A DNA stretch of 64,000 nucleotides, from positions 6,864,761 through 6,928,760 of the forward strand of contig SMSO01000031.1 of assembly GCA_004764695.1 (NCBI GenBank), in the 5' to 3' direction. This stretch comes from Schizochytrium sp. TIO01 (Eukaryota; Protista; Bigyra: Labyrinthulomycetes). Of the stretch, positions 1 to 13,388 are shown in pieces. The notes below the pieces were generated by a model. That model saw only the letters and a program-made list of their open reading frames with translations. It was not told where the DNA came from and ran no database searches. How positions within the stretch are numbered: position 1 is the first letter of the stretch; each line of letters begins with the position of its first letter. Both the position numbers and the translations under genes were made by a program.

Positions 1-3000
1 ATGAATACAAAAAATGAAAAGTCAATAATTGTAAATGAGCTCACGGAGGATTTGACTTTTAGGCTAAACTGCGTCCGGAACCAACAGCTTTCCTGGCATG
101 GCTATTGGCTCGTACTATTTGGTTTGCACTGCCACACCACGAATCACATTCATACCTCGGGCTTTTGCTTGTTTGATGCGTGCACTCTACTATCTATACC
201 TGCTTTTTTTCTTTAGAGGCTGGTTTAATTTCTGAAAAGAACAGTGACTGGAGGTACGAATGGTGGCAGCTTTGATCAATTTATCTATTTTCAAACTTTC
301 TCTGGTTTCAGGTAGGCGACTGCTATCTATCTGCCTAACTCGGTATGGGTATGTTTAGTTTTTGAGGGAGCAAAGTGAAACCCAAAGTTTCTTTTTTGAC
401 TTCAACCCAGAGTTGGGGCTCCACTTATTATTCGCATCGCACTTTAAATGCCAGAAGTTCTAAAGATTCACCGTGATGAGTCAGTGATGTTCTGGAGAGA
501 AAGGAGTCTGTCTTACCATACCAAAGTCTACAGCTTCTGCCGAATCCGTTCAAAAACTCGCAAGGCAAAGCAGATGTCAGCAATAGCGCCTGAATATCTG
601 CCATATGTATGGCATCTTCTCTCCATACCTATCTCGCGGTGTATATGTTACCAATCAAATACAGTAAATTGATTAGTTACTTAATTATTATTAATACGTA
701 TATATGGACGCTTGTTGGACGGAAAGTTTGAAGAAGAAAAGGAGAAGAGCTGTGGACAGCTCGAAATTGAGTAAAGAGAGACGCCATCAGGAATATGAAA
801 CCATCCGGAAAACACACGCAACATCTTGGCCTGCAAAAGATGGAACAGTGTGAGTGACAAAATTGATTTTTGTTTGGTTGGCTCATGTTGCCTCACAGGG
901 CACTGCGATTGCCAATAGTCAGAACTGAAACACCGCGCGAATTACAAATTCAACATGATGCTGAAGATTTAGGGTAATTTTTAGAGGAGAGAATATGGAA
1001 GAACTTGAATTTGGCACTTTCGTTAATTTTACCGCCAACTCAAGTCATAGTGTTTACTATTATAAATATTTTATTAAAAACTTAACTAATATACATATAT
1101 TGCCTATATGATTGTAAAATCGTTTCTACAGTACAGTAAATTATGGATGAGCATCTAAAGCAAGCGATGTTTGGATTTTCGATCAGCAAAAGGACTCTCC
1201 GCGTTGCTGCAGCTCAAGCTATTCGTGCAGAATTGTGTAAGCAGACAACGCGGAGCATACGATGACAAAGATCAGCGGGAAACCGGTGGCTCGAAACGAG
1301 AGATGCAGCGGAAACCTACTTTTGGTGTGAACGAAGCGGCTTCTGAAAGGCGGAATGCCGAAAGAATTAAGAAGTGTATTTCCGGCGATAGTTGTTTAAC
1401 TCGCGATCCTTTTCATTATGTTTGCTTGTCAAAGCTGCTTTCACTTCCGCTCCATCTTTACTCATTTCCATAAAAACGAGTGAGTGCTTTTGAGTTTACC
1501 AACTAATCACTAACCTAAGTTATCAACTCGTTGATAGGTGAATCACGTGGTACGGAATAGCTAGCCTATCCATCGCTATCCCAGAGCCCGAGAAGCCAAA
1601 GCACGTGTTTTATCAATCAATCAATCAGTCAATTAGTCAATCAACCCGTCATCCATTCATCCATCCGATCCATTGATCCATCAAGTACACTCACAAGTCC
1701 GAGGCTGCTTTAAGGTTTTAAAACAAGTTTTAGATGAAATTATTTATTTTGATTATTATTTTGATTATTATTTTGATTATACATTGTTTTTTAAAAGTCA
1801 GAGATCAAAACAACATACATCGATCGATACATACATGCCTCGTAACGTGAATATATTTTGAGCGCTGCGAAAGTTGTGATGATGTTGTGATGGTGCTTCG
1901 GTAGTAGGAAGTCGCGGAACCTAGCCAAAGCTGCACGTGGGATTGGGCTGCGATGGAAGAAATTGCTGATGAGTGTGTGATGACTGGCTGTCGCAAATTT
2001 GTGTATCACGCAAGATGGAATCCGCGTAATATAAAATGTAGGCAAATACTCTCAAGACTGGCCTTCTTCTCCTTTGAAGAACAGCTTCTTGTTCGGGCCT
2101 CTTCAAGTACCTAGCTAGCGCTGGTTGACCTTGAAGACCGAAACCAAACAACAACAACAAAAACAATCGAACTCCTGGACCTGTGAAGGAGAATGTGGCC
2201 GTCATCGCTATCTCTGATGCGAAGAACTACATATAAATACCTCCATGTTGTTCTCACATAGTGGTTGATCCAGCATTATTGTCCTTTGTGAGCTCAAAAT
2301 GCAGCGTACCTTTGGGCCGGCAACATGTTATTTGTTGCTGCTACCTGGTACCTGGTTTCTTAATGTACTGCCTGCCATTGGTTTAGCATACCAGTTTTTT
2401 GGAGCTGACTCGAGGAAACGATTTCTAATATTTTTAATTTTAAAAAGAAAAAGAAAAAGAGTTATTATTGCCAATTTTTCAGTATACATATATAAATGTT
2501 TTTGTTTTGTTTTCTCTTGGCTACAGCCTCTTTTTTATTAAAATTAAATAAATGTAGTCGTTCAAGCTATTGCACCAGAGACTGCTTGGAATCCCTGCAG
2601 GGAATAGTTTGGGACAGACTCTAGAAAACAAAGAAAGGGAAACCTATTCCGTAAAACACTGAAGTTTTGCCATGGCGGTGTAGAAGTGGAGCTTGCGACG
2701 AACTTGTAAAGAATATGGCACACCGTGTAGATACTTCGAACATGGGTACGGTCGAAGAGGAGGATTCTTGCATAATTTTGTTGATTGGCGACAAACACTC
2801 ACTTACACTGGTACTGTAATTGCATTCGTTCACCTTACTATGCAGTACCAATGACTTACTTTGACTACTTTCGTGCGACTAATGAAGTTCTCTGATTCTA
2901 GCGTCGCAAGAATACACGTTCGTCCTTGTTCTGTGATGTCAAGAATGATAAGAAGCAATCTCGAGATTAATCCTCGCCACTGCGAAAGTCCGGTTGCAGA

Positions 3001-3828
3001 CCAAAATGAAACGAAATTGTGAGGAGGAATCTTCGCGTGACTCTTTAGTCCAACAGGGTAGTAAAATATACGTGAGATCCACTTTACGAAATCAGCTTCA
3101 AGAACAAGTTCAATCATTCGCATTTCGCCATCATTTAGATACGCAAACTATCATTTGCGCGGCCATGGATATCTCCCACCGAAGTAGACGCTTGCTTGGA
3201 ATTCTGCCGTGACCCCGATAATTTCTTTCTTCCTCTCTGTCAATTCTATGGATAAGTTTGGAGAGGGTACATAGTGAGAGGTTAAAATAAAAGCTTTTGA
3301 TCAGCATGTTTAACTTTTACATTTCATTTTCAACTTGAAGATAAAAACTTGTTTATTTAAATTTTGTTTATTTATTCTTTTAAGTGTCTTTTTCTATACA
3401 TAGAAATCCAAAACTTTTCCTTCTCTAAGACGACCGATCGTAGGCAGCTTTAAGCGCGAGCTCGCCGGAGAGAGCTTTAAGCTATGGCCAGAGCTGCTTA
3501 AGCACGAAGAGTCGCTGACTCCGTCGTTGCAAAATCGCCCCCGCTGGCTTAAATGTAGGTCTGTCTGAGGGCGCGAGCAAGTGCTGCAAGATGGAGAACA
3601 CGACGAGTATGGACTCGCCATTCGTACTTGAAGACACTTCGGGCCTGGGTCGCTGTCCCGTAAGACCGTATGCATTCCAGCCCGGCCTGTATCAGATGCG
3701 GCATGCGATCACGCTCTGTGATCGATTGATAGCAAACTGATTCAAGCGGCTGCGATTTAATTGAAACATGAAACATGAGAATCCCATCTCTGGATCGCCA
3801 GAGCCGCTTGCTACGCTGTATATATAAA

Positions 3829-3930
<102 letters not shown>

Positions 3931-6381
3931 TAAAGGCAGTGCAACTTGTCAAGGCCCGAGGAATTCTTCACGTGCAGATGCCGCGATGGTTCCTGAGGAG
4001 AACTTTGCCCAAGGGCTCTGCAGCAAATGAACGATTTGGTTTGGTGGCAAGGCGGGTTGGAAATATCGAGCTCGTGCACATCTCTGCGCATGTTTCCCAA
4101 GCGCGAAACGAATTTCCACCGTGAAGATTTAGGCCAAAGCCAGGTTCGCGACGAGCGCTTCCTACCACTAACACCCACTATGATATACTCTAGGAGAGTT
4201 CGGACCTCGCTTGCGATGGCATGATTGTACGTAGGAAATGTGCGAGGCCTCCGGACCTCCATCTTTAATTTTGTTTCCCTAGCTGCGCTATATCACTACT
4301 ATCGATCCTTCCACCTGCGCAGACCCTAAGAAAAGGCAAATTAGCATACTTCCTACGCATGTTACTTCGGTGCGTGTAATTATATGCAAACATTACATTT
4401 CATCTCCGTTCTATTGTTAGTTTATTTGATTTTAATGGTTTTTAATCAAAAATGAGGGAAAAGACTAAAGAAGCTTTTGTTGACTCTGTGTCCGCCGTTG
4501 TAAGGAATGCGCGGATCAGCTCTTTCCTTTCCTTCAGATGGCTTGTCACGCGTTGTCTGGTTGAGGGGCGAAATGAGCTTAAGAAAGCGATTGTTCCGCC
4601 GGAGTTTTGACTAAATAGGAGCTCTGAGTACTGTTTTATCTACCTTCTTTTTTCTTTTCTTTTGCGAAACAAGTGGCAGCTATCTCAGTAGAGAAAAGCG
4701 AAGGGTACGCACTACTTGAAAGCCCGTGGGTTCTCACTCACACGTAGAACTTTGCTTCTGCTGAGACTTGCAACTCGAGCTGAGGAATCGCTGGTGTCCA
4801 TTGATGGGTGTTTGAGGCGGCGGTAGGATGAAACTTTCTGAAGATCTTGCACAATCAAAGTCAATATATGAAGGTAGCGAAAGTGCGACATTCTAAAGGT
4901 TTTATTAATTTATTTACAAATAACCAATTTTCATTTAAATGGGGAACTTATATTGTGATAACGTTAGATGTCGGTTCGGTATTTTGTACGCCGCTGCTGC
5001 ATCTCATTTTGCATAGTTCTGGGCGACAATGACTTTAGACTTTAGATTTATTCATTTCGAATATACAGCCTCTCGCTTCCGAGAGGCTGGGTGAAAGTAC
5101 GAGACTCAAGTCTGAATGGAAAGTATGGGTACTCCGCACCTGGAGTAGGTTGATCATTCGTTATAAAAGATATGTTTTCTGAACAAGGTACCTCTACAGT
5201 TCCGAGGCTCAGAATAATTGGCATGTTCAGTTTTGGGGGAATCATCATCATCATCATCGAAAATAGTTATTCAATCCCAGAGTCACTGGCTTACAATCTG
5301 AAATGCATTGCAGTACCAGAGTTTTCAGAACCTGAGGAGCAAACTCTTGGGAGTGCTATGAACGGCCAGGTCCGATCCAGTGCTCAATAACTAAGAATTG
5401 CAGAGTAGCTTGTGCTGGGAAGCGTGCAGAGGTAGTCTAACAAGGATGGCGAACTCAGGGAAAGAGAAAGAGGATGGTATTTGAGTTATTGCGGCTTCAG
5501 GTCTGCATATAGGACTTAGCTGAATATCACTTCAAAACTCCCGCAAGTTACGCGTTAGGACCTGAAGCATTGATTAAAGTCAGCGACTAGCGCGTTTCCA
5601 ATGCGATGGTGCTGCAAGTGGTTTGGTGAGTAAATCAGCTAGCCTTTTACATTGTGTACCTTGAGTAGGCGGTTTTGTCTTCTATGAATCAGTAGTGTAG
5701 GTTGGTATATTACTTCAATACTAAGTAAACTCAAAGTCAAAATACAACTCAGCCAGGGTAAGCTGAGAGTAAGCCAACGCTGGTGTACTCTAATCAATTC
5801 AATTATTCACGATCAATCAACCGATTGAATTCTGAATCAGTTACCGGTATGCGATCGAGACATGCTCTGTAGACAGCGATTGCAGTCCTCGTGGTTGATG
5901 ACCTTGCAGGATAGTTTTTAAGAGCTAGCTAACTATCTATGTGTTCCCTTTCCTTAACACAACGCCTAAAAAATTTCGAGGTCAGAGCTACATAAAGCTA
6001 CATACAGCCTCGAACTGAAGATTCTCGCCCGAGTCTTTACATCACTGCATCCAAAAATGCAAGATGGTATCATAAGGTCTATCAGTCTTAATTCTCTACT
6101 CTTCTTAAGTCTCAACACGCTTGCTCTTGCTTCGCTTTTTTTTTTTTTTTTTTTAACAAACTAATCGCGAATTTTTGAGGGGCCTCATCGGGCCTAAAGT
6201 TGTGCTACACATGAGAAACCACCTCGAAAATGATAAGAGGTTCCAAACATAAAGATTCCTCGGTACTGCTCCACTAGTTCTTAAAAAGTAGTCGCAAATC
6301 GCTAAAAGAAAAGAATTCTCTTTTCAATGACCCTCTCAACTAACGAAACCGTTTTATTCGATTCCAAGATTTGGAGCGTAG

Positions 6382-6607
6382 CTACTATGCCGGTCAACTA
6401 CCGCTCTTTCAGCGTTCTATTTGCTTGACTTGCAAAAGAATCATGGGAAAGAGTCATTGCCTGGTACATTATTATTGTTTTTATGTGACCGGTACTTACC
6501 TACCATGCAGGCCAACTACAGATCTTTCAGCGTTATATGTGCTTGACTTGCAAAAGAAACATTGGAAAGAGTCATTTCCTAGTACATTTTCATTTTTTGT
6601 TGTTTTT
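6382..6607. repeat. Diverged tandem direct duplication, period about 118 bp
   Basis: ctactatgccggtcaactaccgctctttcagcgttctatttgcttgacttgcaaaagaatcatgggaaagagtcattgcctggtacattt (from 6382) aligns with ctaccatgcaggccaactacagatctttcagcgttatatgtgcttgacttgcaaaagaaacattggaaagagtcatttcctagtacattt (from 6500). Confidence 0.85.
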
Positions 6608-8306
6608 CTTTTTATAAATAATTCCAACATGATGGTGAATAGAACCTGCTAAAGGAAATAGTGATAAATCGAAAAAGAGAACAACGTTCACTTTCATGAC
6701 CAGTCAAATGCTATTCTTGATTTTTTCACTTCGGCAAATCCAGTCAAAGTCAACGTCAAAGCATACTTATACCACTCGCAACAAGTTACCTACCTACCGG
6801 TGTCTCTGTTCTTGTTTCCTGTATGCGGTGTCATGTACCAAAATCAGCGTACACTCAAGTCATTGACGATAAAACCTTTGTCAGTGGGTGCGAGGGGAAG
6901 ACAGGCAGTATAGATGCAATGACCGAGGTCCGTAGCATGACATGCTTAATAGTTTTAGCGAGACATCCAAGCCAACTGGCTATCCCAATATTTTAAAACT
7001 CTATCCAGCAGAGGAGATAGACTTCTCAATCTATGATTAAGTAGAGGTTGGCGATACCACATGGGAAAACATTGAAGATAGATTACTTATTCCGGTTACT
7101 TCCCTCAATATAAATTGAGCAATGCACTCCAGAAACGCGAAGCCAATAACGAGGTTTATCTTTTGACTGTGAAACTCGCCAGGCTTAAGGTGCCACAATC
7201 AATAAAGATGCTCCCGCAATGGCGGCTTAGAGGGCGCAACATTGAACATTGAAACAACAGTCAACGTGGAAGGGAAAAACTCATGTGAAGTTGCCCTACG
7301 GACCGCCTGAGCTTATGTGCAATCAGAAAGCGCGGTTTGTGAAGATACAAGTCACGCATATTACTCATTCAAGGTTAGCATCAGTTTGCAACAAGTAGAC
7401 AATCTAGGAGATCTTCGAAGGCATAGAAAACAACTTATTTGCCAATTGAGTTAATGCAGTTTCAACGCATAAACATCAGTCTGCTACTCAGTAGGGTTTA
7501 CTGGAATTAAGAAGGTTCTGCAATAGATCGAAAACAAAGATGTTGATTTGGCTATGGTGTCACACAATTATCTATCGGTAGACAAGTCGAAATAAGTCAG
7601 TTCTGGTAGCAGTCACCCCATCAATCAAAAGACATATACAGTGAAATTATTCAACAGTTGACACAAAGTTAGTGGAGCTTATTTGAAGACAAGAACTCTG
7701 ATCCAAGCACATGCAATTTGTCAAGTTCTTATTCTCCTGAACTCAGTAAGAACCTAAATTCATAGCCGGTTATTTTGCTTTTGCAGTATCTTTAGCCCCA
7801 CGTACAATTTTATAACGAACTCCGGGTAGGTCTTTAGCTGCTCTTCATTTAAGTTTTATTGTATTTTCGCGCTGACGAGATCGTATGATAAACAATAAAT
7901 TAATTATTTATTTGAGTTTAGGCTGCAGAACTAATTCAAAACTATTCAGAAGGGAAACCTCTAACTCTAGAATGAAATGGAAGAGTAATAATAAGCAACA
8001 TAACAGGGAAACGCATTTAGTAAACTACTTTGTAACATTTCTTCGTGAAAGCAACAACTTATTTGAATTACAAACGTTTAGAGTCTCTTCTCTTGCTTTG
8101 GTGTAAATTCTTCCTTCTAATACGGGAAATATATGTTCACTCTGCTAAGTACTTATCAAAACTTGAGCATTGAATTCTTATATAGTAGAAAAAGAAAAGA
8201 AAAAGAAAAAAGCAAAGACAAACGACCCTCCAAAGCAGTGATTTTAGGCATGTGTATCCATCTACAAGTCAACGTTCTTTATCGTCTTGTTCAAATGAAT
8301 AGATCG

Positions 8307-10527
8307 TTATTTTTTATTTCCAGAACCCAAGGAGCATAGGGGTCGAGGGGGGACAAGGTTCAGTTTCAAAGCTGTGGAAACCCAGAACCTCCCAATAGGG
8401 GCACACAAAGAGCGGCAGCACTGAGTATGACACTTGCGGAATCTGACAGAATTGGTCAACATTTGTGTAAGGTCTTTCACAGAAGTGATTTCACCATTAG
8501 GTGCAATGTAATCTAATGGAAGGTTAGGGCCAAGAGTGACTTCAATCCCAGCTAGTGCAGCCTGTTTCTGAAAGAGCGTCCGTCCAAAATTGTATAACTG
8601 AATGTCATATATGTTGACCGCATGAAACCATTTGGCAAAGGTTAGAAGCTTAGGACGTTTCATCGAAGCCTTTTCAATGGTCTCAAGCACAGTAAGACCT
8701 TTATGGTGGGTACCATGATGTGAGTTGAACAATTTGGAGACATCACGCCTCCAATGCAAGATGTGATGAAACAAAGTAATCGAATCTTTAAAGTGCTCCA
8801 AGATTCCAACTGCTGTGAAGTGGCTTGCCAAGCGATACTTTGCAAGCTCCAAATGCTCCTCGGTTAGCATACCAAATGGGACCTCAGCACAAGCTGGGCC
8901 GCATAGGGAGCGCGTTTGCCAATTATCTGGTGTGTTCATAGCAAAGTATTGCCTGGCAGATGCAGCGACCTTCAGATTTGTCTCTAGGCGCTGCAGGTCT
9001 AGAACAGAAGGGATTGGCGCACCTCGCATCCCCCGAGTAAACAAACACTGCATTTTGCTAATGCTACGCTTGTAGCCTTGCTTCAACTGAGACATGGCCA
9101 TGAAAAAGTGGGATTCCATTCTTGCCAAAGGGTTGCGAAGCATAGTGAGATACATATGCTCTTTTCGTGCTGGAATCTCAGCGGGAAGCATCCATTCATT
9201 TGCTAGAAAAGTATAATTTTCTTGCACTCGATACTTTTCAAGGATTCTATCCACAGTTGTGATATTACCTTGAATAAGTTCGCGGCGATCCACATGGTCA
9301 TTTACGTTGCAATTTGACTTGCGTAAAGATTTTTCGTTATTGTAATGGGCCATAACACACATAGTTGTGCCTCCTGCTTTATGAATATGAAGAAAAATAG
9401 CAAGCTTGCCACGTAACTTTGGCGATTTCTTCTCGAGAGATGTCCCACCGGAGACAGCTAATGAAAAGTTTTCAGGCCCCCTCTTTGCTGAATCGCCCGC
9501 GAAGGCAATATCTTGTCTACGATGATAACCTGAAGAATATGCGTCTTCTCTTTCTTCTTCTTTTGGCAAAACAAGAACAAAGTCACTATCATTTTCGTCT
9601 GTGTCGGCAAACAGCTCTCCAATACCAAGTAGACTTTCGTCTATTGGTTGCGCATCAACTTGCTCCTGTATCTGTGACGACGTCGCTAATGCTGTGGCAG
9701 ACTGTACTGGTGGCAAAGATTGCATCACCATTGAGTTTCTCGGTTTGGAGGAAACCTTAAGTGACGACTTTTTGATAGGAGAGACCGGTGACTTTACAGA
9801 TGCAAGAGGTATCTTGGAGGTATCTTTCTGTGGCAACGCTGGTTTGAAAGATGTCTTGATTGGTTGTTTGGGAGTCCTATCAACATTGCGTCGATCCACT
9901 TGCATAGTCGTAGCAATACGTTTGCTGACGTCGTCGTCTGAGATTGAAATCTCCACACGCTCCAAATTCGAATGAGATACCTTTGTATTTGCATTCTGTA
10001 TTTTATTTTCAGAGCGTTGCTGCTGGAAGCCCATATTATCAGGAGCTACCGTTTGTCTATCGCTTATTTCTTCCGACATCCTCGATGAGGGTAGAAGAAG
10101 ATTCGGAGGTGAGCCTCGAGTCTGGCAAATGACTTTCCGAGTGTCCATTGCTCTGTGTCGGGTTGGTACTCTCACCTTCATTCTCGCGTTTATGTGTCGT
10201 TGATTGGAAGACATCGGAGGACTTGTGCAAGTAGTTTTTTTTTGTATGGGAAGGAGTGGATTTCCCATCAGAAAACGGTGGACGCATCACCGTTCCATAC
10301 AGAGTGATGTCAATGCTACTCTCGTGCGGAGTAATTTTGATCATCTGGCTTGCATTTAGAATAAGAGCAATAATCGCTCCGAAACTGCAGTAAAAGGCCA
10401 CTTTGTATAAGGTAATCCTTCTTTTGGGATGGTGCTGTTGATAAATTAGTCTTGCGGCCTTGTACTTTGGATCTAGCAACGCGGAGGTGTTGCACGGGGA
10501 AACTGAGAGATTATTTGGATAAGACAT
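8307..10527 (-). CDS. Type II membrane (Golgi-type) sulfotransferase, Sulfotransfer_2-like; split by an apparent +1 frameshift near 10073
   Basis: The 8307..10268 ORF has the 5'-PSB motif IFLHIHKAGGTT and the 3'-PB motif YLTMLRNPLARMESHF. The overlapping upstream ORF (first ATG 10527) supplies a TM anchor VAFYCSFGAIIALIL and an S/T/E-rich stem. Removing one G in GTC-G-GAA joins them as IEDV-EEISDRQ. Confidence 0.8.
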
Positions 10528-12589
10528 CTTGGCAGTGATTTTGGAATAGCCACCCACCCCGCTGGTAAAATAATTGTAGTAATCGAAATTCGCCTGTCTT
10601 CTTTGTTGTTCGTAGCGCCTCTGAACCAAAGCCCGGCTTGGCCACTAACTTCAGAAGCAGCTGCTTACAGCTTCAAGGAAGATAGCAGCTGTAGAACCAA
10701 GCTAACGTCGGATTCGCTCTCGGATACCCAAAGAGCTGTGCTCATAGACAAAGTAAATATTGCTGCAATTCGAATCGAGTTTAGGATTTGCTGCTCAAAT
10801 TCTCAGTGATTAACTATTTGGGTGCATCAAACATGTCCCGGTTGATCGTAACATTCTAGAAGGCTAGTCTACTTCTACTATGAAGCGTACAGTTTAGCGT
10901 TTGGTGTGTAGTGAATACTTTTGGGGGAAGGATCGTCAGTTATAACCAAGCTACCTTTTAACAGCCTTTCAGGGACAATTTACATAGCTAGGCTAGCATC
11001 GGAATCTTCACTAGACAGAATCACATAGATCTACGCCCTTTCTGGGCGTATTCGCGAATGCTTAATGCAGACCTCAAGTTTCACCTGGCTCGTGATAAGC
11101 CGTTCGTAGAAGACAAAACAAACAATGTCTCTTCAGATCTGTAAATAAAGGTGTATGTTCATAGTTATCCATCGCTAGAGGACAAAAGTGAACACTATTA
11201 GAGCCTATTTGAGCCATATAGTATATATTATAGGAGCTATCAGTTTGAATGTCCGCCCTAAAGGGCGGTGCACCTTTAGGGCGGTGCAATTGACAAATTG
11301 TGGTCGAGCAAATCAATACCGATACACCAAGAGCTTGGAGTATTGCTGGGCCTGCTAGGATCATAGCGCTGCTATTTTTTGTTTGCGAAAATTATTAAAT
11401 GGCATGTGGGTCTGTACCATTGGTCTCAATATGATATAAAAGAGAATTTGGCGGGCTATCGTGCAGAGGACAAGAATGCAACGAATAAAGGCAACTGTCT
11501 TTGAATGAGAACAAGCATTTTTGTCATTCTTGCTTTGCGAAGTTGGCATGTCGGCTATTTTTTCCTCTTGTAACTTAACTTTGACCCTTCATCTTACATT
11601 TTGCGTTTGGGACAATAATAATACGATTGGTAATAGGTCAAAATAACGACGCCGTTACACTCCTCTACAATACGCGAAGTATGGTTGCCAAAGAGTTAGC
11701 TCGTGGAAGCTAGCCGACCTCATCTCCTTCTCCCAGAAAAGATCTTGTAGATACAGAATCATGTGCCTTAAACTGCAAAACTTGGAGAAAAAATCACTTG
11801 AATGGATGGTTGCGTCTAAAACACTTATCTCCGAGTTGTTATCTTAGTCGCAGCCCAATTTTCGGCTAGCCTGATCGATATATTGATTGCCCGCGACGTT
11901 GAATATAGACTATTGTAATTATCTTAAGGGTAAAGTTGGATAGGTAGTATTAGTACTTAGTACACACTAGTCCCCCGCATTTGCACTTTCCAAGATTATC
12001 CGCCTTTTCCAACTTTCCCCCACTATGGCCAATTGGCTGAAGGATGAACACGTTATCTGCTTTGATCATGTCTTTCAAATTGCCGGACACAACCTCTACT
12101 AAAGTTGATCAATCGAGGACAGCTTAATTCCAGCAACAACAGAAAGGCGCCCCGGAATTCCATTTTCCCATTTTAAGACTCTGTAGTACCTCCTCTCCAG
12201 CTGCTCTTCCTCTCCTCCCATAACATAGGTCTGTGGAGTAGGAGGAGACACTGATTTCTACTTGGGCAGGTCCTTAAAGTCTAGGACACGCCAATACTTT
12301 ACGAGAGTAATAACCAGTATGGTGAAGGAACTATCGTATTGCTGTCGTACGATTCCACCACGTCTCTGAGTATATTCCGCAGTTATTTCACAATCTCCCA
12401 AAGGGTCATTTAGTGTGAATGGTGCATATCCAGACCAGACTGCTTGCAAATGTTTCAACATACTGGTTCTCCCCGGTCTCAACTAGAATTCATTTCGAAC
12501 ATACTATGTACAATACAGTTCAAAGACTGGGGAAAGCCCACAAGCTCATTCCTCCCTTCCTGGTTTGAAACCCTAGAAACTAACGTAGT

Positions 12590-12675
12590 TCTCTTGCTTA
12601 TCAAAGTCCAAACTATATTACGAAAATTGAGATCTCTTGCTTATCAAAGTCCAAACTATATATTACGAAAATTGA
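12590..12675. repeat. Tandem duplication of about 42 bp
   Basis: tctcttgcttatcaaagtccaaactatattacgaaaattgag occurs twice; the second copy has an extra TA. Confidence 0.9.
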
Positions 12676-13332
12676 GTTTCCCCAGCTTCCTTTTCTCATC
12701 AACAAATGAACCCATGCTCCGCAACTTTGCGTTTTTCTTCTGTCTCTCAAGTCAGAACCCATGCCTCTCTCACGCTTCTCCTCTTCCTGCATTCAAGAAC
12801 ATCATTCATCACTCAGATGCGTGACCTCATGCTACATTAGCTCAAAGAAGGGAGTTATTTTCGCATTAGAGAAGAGTTCTTCAAGTACCTGCACAGGGTT
12901 GTTTATGAGCAGTATTTTCTTTAAAAATAACTCCCAGCAGCTTGAAGAATAAGTATAAAGGACCAGCTTTGCAAGATACGCTGCGCATGGAACATGTGCA
13001 AGTCGGCCATAGCCCGTCACCACCAAGTTCCGAGGCTATCACATCATTTGCCGGCATTACCGAACCGCCACCTCCGATTGAGAACATACCTTCCTATGTA
13101 AACCACTTCATTATGTTAGGTTCTGTGACAGTCAACAGAACCATCAGAACCATCACAGAACTCCGAAGTCTACTCGCGTAACTAAATACTGATACTCCCA
13201 TCTATTGTTTGTTTGTTGTGTCACACGAAAGAGGAAAGTAACTCGGTTCTTCGCTCTCCGTCCATTGGTAATCCTGCGAGTTTGCTGGTCGCTCGGTCGC
13301 TCAGCAGTTTCGGATTGCGCGCAAAACCTTAT

Positions 13333-13333
<1 letters not shown>

Positions 13334-13363
<30 letters not shown>

Positions 13364-13366
13364 AAG
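13334..13366. repeat. (AAG)11 microsatellite just upstream of the FYVE/RING gene
   Basis: Seen directly; it ends 22 nt before the ATG at 13389. Confidence 0.9.
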
Positions 13367-13388
13367 CGAGAAGGCCAGAGAGCTGGAG

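Noticed and set aside
1747-1780. (TTTTGATTATTA)x3 short tandem repeat
   Set aside because: Ordinary low-complexity slippage repeat in AT-rich intergenic DNA.
10235-10243. A9 run (minus strand) as the sulfotransferase frameshift site
   Set aside because: Downstream of the run the upstream frame still reads as a natural S/T/E-rich stem while the other frame looks shifted. The break is more likely near 10073, though the A9 site is not excluded.
12590-12675. 42-bp direct repeat as a CRISPR-like array
   Set aside because: Two adjacent copies with no spacer, no cas genes, and a eukaryotic context; it is a simple tandem duplication.
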